This document shows positions 9,747-19,600 of a stretch of DNA of 64,000 nt, in pieces. Within the stretch, counting starts at the first letter, position 1. Every line of letters starts with the position of its first letter. Source of the DNA: a virus. Both the position numbers and the translations under genes were made by a program. The stretch lies in the IMG/VR virus record IMGVR_UViG_3300043395_003024, positions 64,001 through 128,000 of that record; one strand, given 5' to 3'. The notes under the pieces were generated by a model that did no database searches, was not told the DNA's origin, and was given only the letters and a program-made list of their open reading frames with translations.

Positions 9747-11060
9747 CTAGAAGATTATAGAAGCCCTCTTGCGCTGCGGCAACCCTAGCCCAGTCAAAAA
9801 GGTAAAAGCCCCAACAGCGGAGTCAACCTGGTCATCATGGTTTGCTGCTTCAGGAAATGAAGAAAATTCATCGAGCCAGTCGGTGAGCCACGCAGAGCGG
9901 ACTAACCGAACATTTCCATTAGCGGCTGCGGCAGCGAATGGCCTAGCCCTGGTCACCTTATCTCCGGTCGGCCTCATGGCGCCAAAGTCATAGCCCGGAA
10001 CTACGTATCTGGCATATTGGTCAACAAGTGCCTTGCCGGAAGAACCAGGTTCCTGCTCCATCCTTATTGAAACTCCGTACCCATCGTCTTCCGCGGTCTC
10101 GGCAATCAACTGTTCGACCTTTTCACCCCTAACGCGGGCTTTCTTTACGTCCAAGATGTATGCGATTCCGCCGTCAAATAGCATCAAGGTACCCACCGTC
10201 CAGTCTGGGTCTGGATTCCCGGCATGTGGTTCCGTGGCGGCAAGGTCCCAAAACCTGACAACCCTGGCAGAATTAGTGATTAGGGGTATCTCGTCTGGGT
10301 CAATAATTATGAAAGATTCCCGCTGGAAAAGGCTTCCCAGGGTGGTCGACCACCAGTCGCCCTCCTCTAGCCGCCTTCTTTCCACGGGGTCCAGGGCGGA
10401 TAGGGCCTGACGGTAGGAATCAGCGTCAATTCCGGGGTTATCCTTGAGTGTGGATGGGACAAAAACCCTTCCGGCTTCCTTGCCTTCTACAATAAACCTC
10501 TGCCGGACCCAGTTGGGGGCGGGGTTTGACGCGGCCCTCATTCTGAGCGGAACCTGGGCAATCGGGCCGCTGGCTGGACGACGGAGTCGGGAGAACAGGT
10601 ATCTGTAGTCAGATTCACGTATTTCGGTGACCTCATCCATGCCTATGAACTGGAATTCAGAGCCCTTATAGCGTAAATAGTCATTAACATTATTTAGATA
10701 TCCAAAAGAAATGCGCGCTCCAGAGGGGAAGGTCGCCACGAATGTGTTGTTATTCCAGTGAACATCGTCGTAGTTGCTCATCCATGACTTAAAGCGGTCC
10801 ATTAGAGCGCCGGGCAGCGATAGGTCAGCAAATGTGCGGCGGAAAAGAATTGCCGAGTAGTTAGGTACATCTACATACTGGAGAGCCGCCATGAGAAGAG
10901 CAGAAGATTTACCCCCACCGGCCGCTCCCCCGAAAAGGCCCTCCAGGGAGTTGGTTCTCAGGAATACTTTTTGGTTTATCGATGGCTCTTCGGGGCAGTA
11001 TGGCGGCATTTTAGGGCTGAGATACTCCAGTACTTCTTCCCAATTTGCTTTTCCAGCCAT
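9747..11060 (-). CDS. terL: Terminase large subunit
   Basis: Walker A GGAAGGGKS, Walker B IGMDEVT, ASNP, nuclease RFWDLAA and HDDQVDS. Confidence 0.95.
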   Translation of the reverse strand: MAGKANWEEVLEYLSPKMPPYCPEEPSINQKVFLRTNSLEGLFGGAAGGGKSSALLMAALQYVDVPNYSAILFRRTFADLSLPGALMDRFKSWMSNYDDVHWNNNTFVATFPSGARISFGYLNNVNDYLRYKGSEFQFIGMDEVTEIRESDYRYLFSRLRRPASGPIAQVPLRMRAASNPAPNWVRQRFIVEGKEAGRVFVPSTLKDNPGIDADSYRQALSALDPVERRRLEEGDWWSTTLGSLFQRESFIIIDPDEIPLITNSARVVRFWDLAATEPHAGNPDPDWTVGTLMLFDGGIAYILDVKKARVRGEKVEQLIAETAEDDGYGVSIRMEQEPGSSGKALVDQYARYVVPGYDFGAMRPTGDKVTRARPFAAAAANGNVRLVRSAWLTDWLDEFSSFPEAANHDDQVDSAVGAFTFLTGLGLPQRKRASIIF

Positions 11061-11129
11061 AAAATTATAAGAACCAATCAACAAGACTCTTTGTGCATCA
11101 GAGCCAACTTATGCGCTACTGTATCGTAC

Positions 11130-11396
11130 ATGCCCCCAGCGCAAGTAGAATTAAAAAACACACGGCGAAAAATCAAAAAGGCACTGAAGGCCGCCTCATC
11201 TCGAATTGTATTGACAGCGAGAATCTTTCGCAGATGGGTCCAAAGCAAGGCTAATCGCGGAACTTTCGCAAATATATTAATGCTTTGCTTTATAATATTT
11301 TGTAGTATTGGAGCAGGAATGATATTTTTCCCTGCCGGTTGGGTGGTCGCTGGTGTCTGTTGCGGAATTTTCGGTTTCTTGTTGGGTGCTGAGTAG
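11130..11396 (+). CDS. Small membrane protein upstream of portal
   Basis: Basic N-terminus plus two hydrophobic segments. Confidence 0.6.
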   Translation: MPPAQVELKNTRRKIKKALKAASSRIVLTARIFRRWVQSKANRGTFANILMLCFIIFCSIGAGMIFFPAGWVVAGVCCGIFGFLLGAE

Positions 11397-11403
11397 ATAG
11401 CGC

Positions 11404-13503
11404 ATGGGTTGGAACTCGCCTCAGAATAAAGACATAAATTCCCAGTCCCGCAAGGACATTGGGTATGGAGCACCAATCTCCGTCAACCCCTCGCTGGCTG
11501 GCAAGGCATATCGCGACTCATGGGATATTGAGCGCGCCTACCGAGAGGGAATGTCAAAAATCACCTGGGTTAATAGGTGTATCGACGCTATAGCCGGCAA
11601 CCAGGCTAGATTGCCGATAATTCTCAGAAAAGATAATTCTAACCAGGGTGAGATTGTTCGTGGCAGAGAAGCAAACCGCTCTCCGCTTCTTGAATTGCTA
11701 AACACAAAGGCCAATGTTGGAGAAAACTCGTTCATTTTCCGTTATCGACTTTCCGCACAACTTCTCTTGGGAACACGCGGAGCGTTCATTGAAAAGATTT
11801 ATGGCCGAGACGGTCGAATTATTGGGCTAAATCTTTTGCCGCCACAATCAACTGCCCCAATCCCGGACCCAAAAACATTTGTATCTGGATATGAAGTGCA
11901 GATGCCTTACGGGGAAAAAAAATTTCTAAAGCCTGAAGACGTTGTTTGGGTAAGACGCCCGCATCCGCTTGACCCATATCTGTCCCTGACTCCGCTAGAA
12001 GCCGCAGGAGTGGCTATTGAGATTGAAAATCTTGCCAAATTGTATAACAGAAACTATCTGCTCAATGACGGCCGGCCTGGCGGATTGCTTGTCGTTAGAG
12101 GCGCTATTGACGAAGACGACAAAGAAGAACTGAGAAGCAGATTCCGTGGAAATCTCGCAAAAGCGGGCCATACAACAGTTATAGCCGCAGATGACGGGGT
12201 CGACTTCGTTGACACTTCCGCTAATCCACGCGATGCTGCTTACATTCAGATGCGCCAGATAACAAAAGAAGAAATACTTTCTTCGTTTGGCGTCCCTGAA
12301 TCGGTAATCGGCAATGCTGCCGGAAGAACATTCAGTAATGCAGCAGAAGAGATTCGTGTTTTCTGGATGGAGACGATGCTCCCCCATTTGGAACCATTGG
12401 CACGCGCGCTTGACGAGCTCGACGAAAAGTATTATTTAGACTTTGATACATCGGAAGTCCCCATCCTCATGCTCTATAAGCAGGAGCGAGATAAGTATCT
12501 GCTCCAGGAGTTTCAGTCTGGCCTGATTAGTGCCAACGAATATAGAATCGGTTCTTCGCGTAAAGAGGTAGAAGCCGACCTAGCCGATTCATTGCTTCAG
12601 AACCCAAACCTCATCCCAATTGCAAACACGAAAAAGAAAATGGAAGAGGGGCAAACGCAGATTCCCGGGGCACCAGGTATGCCGGGCATGCCGGGTATGC
12701 CAGGTATGCCGCCAGGTGCGCCACCAGGAATGCCACCGGGGGCACTACATCCGGTTGGGCCAGCTGGAGAACCAGTACCGCTTGACGTCAACACAATGGG
12801 CGGTGCGCTCGCAGAGTCAGCGCAAGAAGGACAGCTTGCTCAAACCACAGTTCCGCCAGAGGCCATGGGGGGGGTGCCGCAGACAGCCATGCCGCCAATG
12901 CCGACAACGGCAGCTTCTGCTCCCGAATCGGAAATTGAAACAAAGTCAAATGACTTAGAAAAAGAAGAGCTTGACCGTACAGAGCAGTCAATTGAAAGAT
13001 GGTCAAACATTTTGGCGCGCGGCATGGAAAGACTGATAGAGCGCCAGCAGCGCGTTGTACTTGAAAAAGCAAGCGGCGCAAGGGCAAAGAAAGCGCTTAT
13101 GCACGGAACGCTTGACATCGAGTCCGTTTTGTCAATAGATACATGGAACAAGCAATTTGAAGACGACATCAAGCCCGTTATCTCCTCAATTATCAACGAT
13201 TCTTTCGAATCCCGAGTCAACGCAGCCTCGGAAAAAGGCTTAAGAATCAAGGCAATGCCGGCGAAAGACGTCAGGGCCATGGTTGATGCCCACGTTTCAA
13301 GGATTAAGAAGATTAACGAATCTCATTTCAACGAAATCAACGCGATGATGCTGAAGTCGTTCGAATATGCAGACGAAGACAAGAGGTTCTCTTTCTTCCG
13401 CGACAGCCTTGTCGAGATGTTTACAGACTTTTTTGCTCATCAGCAAGAATCAATCGCGGAACGCGAAGCTCGGTCCGCGTGGGGATTTGGGCAGACCGTT
13501 TAG
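11404..13503 (+). CDS. HK97-family portal protein with Pro/Gly/Met-rich linker and C-terminal extension
   Basis: WVNRCIDAIA, LLLGTRGAF, SPL-like TPLEAA, NDGRPGGLL, EILSSFGVP, FSNAAE, GLISANEYR. Confidence 0.92.
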   Translation: MGWNSPQNKDINSQSRKDIGYGAPISVNPSLAGKAYRDSWDIERAYREGMSKITWVNRCIDAIAGNQARLPIILRKDNSNQGEIVRGREANRSPLLELLNTKANVGENSFIFRYRLSAQLLLGTRGAFIEKIYGRDGRIIGLNLLPPQSTAPIPDPKTFVSGYEVQMPYGEKKFLKPEDVVWVRRPHPLDPYLSLTPLEAAGVAIEIENLAKLYNRNYLLNDGRPGGLLVVRGAIDEDDKEELRSRFRGNLAKAGHTTVIAADDGVDFVDTSANPRDAAYIQMRQITKEEILSSFGVPESVIGNAAGRTFSNAAEEIRVFWMETMLPHLEPLARALDELDEKYYLDFDTSEVPILMLYKQERDKYLLQEFQSGLISANEYRIGSSRKEVEADLADSLLQNPNLIPIANTKKKMEEGQTQIPGAPGMPGMPGMPGMPPGAPPGMPPGALHPVGPAGEPVPLDVNTMGGALAESAQEGQLAQTTVPPEAMGGVPQTAMPPMPTTAASAPESEIETKSNDLEKEELDRTEQSIERWSNILARGMERLIERQQRVVLEKASGARAKKALMHGTLDIESVLSIDTWNKQFEDDIKPVISSIINDSFESRVNAASEKGLRIKAMPAKDVRAMVDAHVSRIKKINESHFNEINAMMLKSFEYADEDKRFSFFRDSLVEMFTDFFAHQQESIAEREARSAWGFGQTV
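12664..12740 (+). repeat. Imperfect 9-bp tandem repeat encoding (PGM)n in portal linker
   Basis: ccaggtatg ccgggcatg ccgggtatg ccaggtatg. Confidence 0.7.
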
Positions 13504-13634
13504 TTGATGTTTCAGTAAACTATCGTGTTTCTAACAATAGTTTCTTTAAACAAAAACTTTAAGTAATAGTTACATCGAGCAGACTTCCCAATCGCTTATT
13601 ATCTTCAATAGACACGACTTGAAGGGTCTATTGC

Positions 13635-16600
13635 ATGCCATCTGAACTGTTCGAATATAAGTCAAGTTCGCTTGGCAACTCCCTCTCATCCAAGGGTGGA
13701 AACATCAACCTGGACGAGGCTCAGGGCATAGTTGAGTGTTTCGTGGCCGGTATTGGGAATAAGGATTCGGTCGGTGACATCGTCGCAAGCGGCGCATTCA
13801 CAAAGAGCCTTCAGCGCCGTAAGCCACGCGTTGTTTGGGGCCACAGCTGGAATGACCCGATTGGCAAAGTTCTAGAGATTTACGAAGTTCCTAACACAGA
13901 CAACCGCCTACCGCTCAAGATGAAGATGGCTGGGATTGGCGGTCTTTTCGCTCGCGTCCAGTTCAACCTGAATTCAGAAAAGGGCCGCGAAGCCTTTGCG
14001 ATGGTTGCCTTCTTCGGCGAGGAACAGGAATGGTCAATTGGCTACAAGACGCTGCGAGCCCAGTTTGACCAGAAGTCTCAAGCAAATGTCATCTACGAAC
14101 TAGAGCTTTATGAGGTTTCGCCAGTTCTCCACGGAGCAAACCAGCTAACCGGAACAATTTCGGTTAAGTCGGACGAGCTCGCAGACAGAATGTCTGCAGT
14201 AATGGAAGATAGCGGAAGTGCTATCGATAAGGCCGAAATTGAGAAGCAATTGGCCGCGATTCTCGGTGAAAAAGTATCACTCATGGACGTAAACGATGAC
14301 GAGGTTACGTTCGCTCGCAGAATGCCCAACGGCGAAGTTGGCCGCTACAAGTGCGGCTTTAGTGGCAGCCGTGGTCGGTATATGTTCGGCGCCCCAGAAC
14401 CGATTGTTGTTATGCCAATGCGTAGGCCAATCGCGCCAGCGGCAAATATGCCGATGGCTGGACCTAGCATGCCTGCCAACGAGCCACAAAGAGTCATCCG
14501 ACCATCGCAGATGCCCTCAATGCCTGTGGCGATAAAGCCAGGCGAGAATGGCAATCGCATGGTTCCGCTCCCGCCAGTGGAGTACGAAGATGGTGGCAAA
14601 GACAGGGAAGAGCCAGAGTTCGACCCCAATAACCTAGACAGGGAAGAGGCCGACCTCAGGGATGCCCTTTTAAAAATTGTGAAGCGTCACGGTCGTTTTA
14701 ATGAGGATTCAACTGGTGTTTACGCGGCATACAGCTCGCCCGAGGAGAACGAAGTTGCCTCAATCGGAGTTAAGTGCGCAAACTGTGTTTTTTACCAAGG
14801 TGGAAATTCCTGCAAGATAATCGCAATGGATGTAGAGCCAGAAGGCAAGTGCAGATTTGCGGTTATCCCGAAGGGTGTCGTTAAGGGAAGCACGGCAGAT
14901 ACCAAGAATTATGAGCTCGATGAGGAGTTCGCGGAAGAGGACTACCTTGCCGAGCTTGAAGTTAAGTACCCAGGGGAACTAGCTGTTGCAGCTGTTCGTG
15001 GAGCAATAGGAAGACGCCGCAAGAAGCGTCGTAAGTTTAAACTTCTTGGCGAGTTTGGTTCAAAACAGGACGATTTTGATTTTGACGACAAGCCATACCT
15101 GTTGCCAGTTGTTCCGCAGTTTGCATTCCAGGTAAAACAGGCGCTTGACCCAATATTTGATTACCACAATGTTGACTCTTTTGTCGATGTAAACGGAATT
15201 GTCATCACATCTGGCGTTAGCTTTGAGTTGATTGAGGCAATTGACACAGCTGTCGAAAATCTAAAAAAAAAATCTCTAACTGAAAACGACATAGAGTGGA
15301 AGGCGGCTAGTTACCGCCTCGGTCGTGCTATCGGAAGTCGCCTAATTGACCGTCCAAACATCGGCGGTGGACGTACGCGTGGAAGATTCTTCACTTCAAT
15401 AGGCGCTGAAGACTTCGACCCATTTACAGCCCGTGATGCGAATCTAAACGGAATCGTTGGTGAAGGTTTGTTCCTTCGTGGTATAGCGCTAGCAACACCG
15501 GACCCCACCCCAGACGGCCCTGGCTCCATAAGGAACCCAAAGCCATCACCACGTCAGCTTTCAAAGCCGGAATCGGAAACAGTAGCCCGTATTGAGAATG
15601 CTGCCGGAAAGCTTTCATCGGGGAAAATAGAGCTAGACCTTCCACGATTTGATGACCCGGATATCGATTCGGCAGAAAAGTTTGGTGCAGCAGAGTCGCG
15701 GCGCGATGAACTTCAGGGCGTACTTGATGGTGCTACCGACCCAGAACAAATAAAGAAGCTAGAAAGAGCAATTTCAGAACTCGACAAGTACATGAACCGC
15801 GTCGAGAAGTTGGCCGAAAGCGAGATGGCTCAGTCTGAGAAGCCAAAGAAGAAGCCTGCAGCTGGAAAGGTAATAAAGGCCGGTCAGAAACTTTCTAGCG
15901 GATATGCAAAATACCTAGATAAGCCGAAATCAAAGCGTTCAATCGATGAGATAAACAAGTTTGATGGCCCGATTAGCGCTGCCTTGTCGTCTGGGAAATT
16001 GCCAGATAAAGCAGAGATTCCAGAAGATTCGCCGATACTGTCGGAAATGTATAAGCGGATGGCTGATGAAATAATCGCTGTTCTACAAGACCTGATTGAT
16101 AACCCCGAAAAGGCAAAACAATGGAAGATGCCGTGGCGAAATCCTGAAATTTTTGCCAGAAACCCAACGCGTAATCGTGTTTACCAGGGCATGAACCAGC
16201 TTGCACTTCTTCTGACTGCACAAAGTCGTGGATATACAACAAATAGATGGGCCGGAAAGACGCAGTGGCAGAAACTTGGTGGAAAACTAAAGCCAGGAGC
16301 TAGCGCACGCGGCGTTTCAATCCTCGTGCCGCGTGAGGGACGAATTCTAATGAACGCAGATGGCCAGCCGGTTGAGACTGGCCGCTACTACGTTGTTCAG
16401 ACTGTTTACAACGTCGATGATGTTGCTGGTCTGCCAAAGAAGTTCTACGAGGTTGAGGATAGCGCCATCAACCAGGAAGAGCGCCTACAGGACTTGGAAA
16501 ACGTAATTCAGGAAATAGGTCCTAAGTTTGTAGAGTCTAAAGGTCAGCAGGCTTTTTATCGCCCCATGACCGACAGCATCCACATGCCGGCGTTTGACCA

Positions 16601-19600
16601 GTTTGAAAATGCACTCGCATTTTATTCAACAGCAATGCACGAGACAATTCACTGGACTTCGCACCCAACGCGACTAAATAGAACTCTTGGCAAAGAGTTT
16701 GGTGATGAACAATATGCTTTCGAGGAGCTTATTGCCGAAATAGGTTCAGCATTTGCTCTTGGCTCAATGGGTCTCGAGCCAACAGTCCGCGAAGACCATC
16801 TTCTGTATCTAAATAGCTGGCTAAAGAAGCTCAAGTCAGACCCACTTGCGATACATAGGGCAATAGTCCAGGCACAGCAAGCAAATGACTATCTTCTTAA
16901 CCGTTCGGCGACAATGCGAAGACTTGCTGGCATACCTGACGATGAGCGTAAGGGCAAGGACGATATATGGTTCGAAGTTCCTATGCTCGCCGGCTATGAG
17001 GATATTGAGCCAATAAAGCCAACAACAACAATAACTGGCCCACTAGAGGACCTGCTTGACTCAGAAGCATGGGATGAATTTGTCCCAGATTCACCAAATC
17101 TGAGTATCGCGGAGCGCGAACTTCGTTCATACGACGTAGCGCCAAATGCGCCGTCAAAGAACAAGGCAGGAGTTGTTATTACTCCGTCCGGAGCGCTTGC
17201 AAGCGGTAAAAAGGCTGGGAAAATCAAGGGTACAAAGCCTGGCGTTCCAGAAATCGACAGAATTGCTGAAGATGTATCGCTAAAGCTTGCATTTGGTCTG
17301 GCTAATGAGCCCACAAATGAGCAGCGCGACATTATGGCTGTTGCTCTATCGCTTATCCACGGCAATAATCCTGCAATTTTAAGTGTTCTTGCTGGTGCTG
17401 GAACTGGAAAAACGACAACGCTTAAAAGCATCGCGTGGGCTCTTCAGAGAGAATTCGACCTATGGCCGGAAGGTGACCCAAGAAGGGCGGAACAGCTTGC
17501 TTACCTATCGGATAGATATGGAATTGATTTCAGCAAGATAAAACCAGAGAAGATTGCTGATGCAGTAACTGAGTTAGCAAAGAATAATAAAACCGGAAAT
17601 CTTTACTATACGGTTTTCAACACAAAAAACCAACTAGAAGCCGAAACAGAATTCCCACGAAATACGGGTATTGCTACTACGGACAAGCTCTGGCAGTGGT
17701 CGCTCCGTCTTGGTCAGGGTGACAAAAAGTATGGACCGGGCATGCGCAGAAAAATGGGCATGCTAAACAAGAGCCGAGAGAGCAAAAAGTCCATGCGTAG
17801 AAATCCGGCATGGAAGAGCGAAGAAGAGACGCCAGGCGTCGAAAAAATGATTGGAAAAAATTTCGTCAGAGAAAAATTTGACGGAACAACCGAAACGTTT
17901 GTTGGTGAGGACCCTGGTTTTGAGGCTCTTGGCTGGACAATGCTTCAAAAAGGTGACGACTTTGCTGAGCATCTTGGCCTAGAGAAATGGCCAGATGTTG
18001 TAAAAAGAAAGAAAATGAAGCCAGACGTGGATGCTTCCGGCAGGCCTATTCGTGATGAAAAAGGAAAAGTAAAGAAGTCAGAAGTAGAAGTAGAGGGTTT
18101 TGAACTTCCAAACGGAACGTTCCTTGAACTTTCCGAAATGGGCGACCTTCTATCTAACGCCCTTAAGCGCTGGGGTCTGTCCAAAGAAGAAAAAGTTACA
18201 GCACAACACTTCATGCCTCCAAAACAGAGACTTGAAGACATGGATACGCCGCGTGGAAAGGACAATCAACCCACAGGCGTTGACAGCATTCTCACCGAAG
18301 AGCAAATTCCTAAAAAATGGATTGAGGCGGTCCAGTCAATCGTGGACGAGATTGCAGATGGCGACTCTAACCTGCTACCAACAATGGAACTTGTGTCTAA
18401 ATTCTGGATGATGACAGACCCTGACCTGAGAACAGACCCAGGTTTAATTACGCACTCTTCAGCTCAAACAAGAGTAAAAGTATCCGTTCCATCATCGCTA
18501 CGCGAAGGCGATACATACGTTTATGACGGCGAAGAGTGGGTTGTTACAGGATTAACCAAAAAGGCTGGGAAAACATCAAGTGCTACCTTACGTAAAAAGA
18601 TGGCATCAAAGGAAAATCCCCTCGGTGCATTCTTGCTAGACGAGGTGCAAGACTCAAACGAGGTTCTCGAAACAGTTCTAGATAGGAATAGGGATAAGCT
18701 CCCTATTATTCTTGTCGGAGACGATAGACAGGCTGTCTATGCATTCCGCGATGCAAAGAATATTCTGGCGTCACTTGATTCAGAGTACTCACAGGACATT
18801 ACAGAGTCGTTTAGATATGGCGAAACTGTAGGTCATGCCGCAAACCTGGTTCTTGGAGCACAAAATGTTCATCTGCGTAGACAGGGTGTTAAGCAACAGC
18901 CGTGGAAGCACGTTAAGGGCCAGGCGCAAACTGTTATCAATAGGCAGTTTGACCCACTATTGCCAGAAAAAGATAGGCTCGGCAATAATCCGGTCGATGA
19001 AATAGATGATGCAACACGCCAGATATTGATAGCCGATATAGAGAAAAAATATTCTACTCCAGAGAAGAAGCTTGACCTGCTGTCACTAGATAGACCAGCA
19101 CAGGACAAGGCCTTAAAGGAGCTTAGGGATACGCTTTATGGACCAAAAGCTGGTCAAATAGTAGATAGATATGCAGAGGCCGATAAGGGCAATCTGCCAA
19201 CGATGATTCTCTGTAGAACAAACGGTGAAATAATCAACGAAGCTCTAAAGTTTATAAATATAGTCATAAATAGTAAGGCTGTTGAGCGTGATGAACGAGG
19301 CATGCCAAAACTACCTGAAGTAATTATTCCAGCTAGCAAGTGGGAGCAGCTTCTTACATTTACTAAGCACCTTGACTTCATAATGCGTTCACCTGCAAAG
19401 CAGCAAGAATACATAGCAAGATTTGGTAAGCCAGAGATGTCATCATGGCTCGGACCGATTTGGACACAGGGCACCTTGCAGAAAGCTCTCAATCAGTCAA
19501 AGTATCAACAGGCGCGCAGCGCATACAAACTGATAATGCAGCCGCCAAAGAGCGACCCAACTGCTCCGCCACTTGGCACTCGCGGCATGCTTGAACTTTT

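Noticed and set aside
12867-12874. G8 run in portal linker as a frameshift site
   Set aside because: No immediate stop or sensible alternative product; explained by Met-Gly-Gly-Val.
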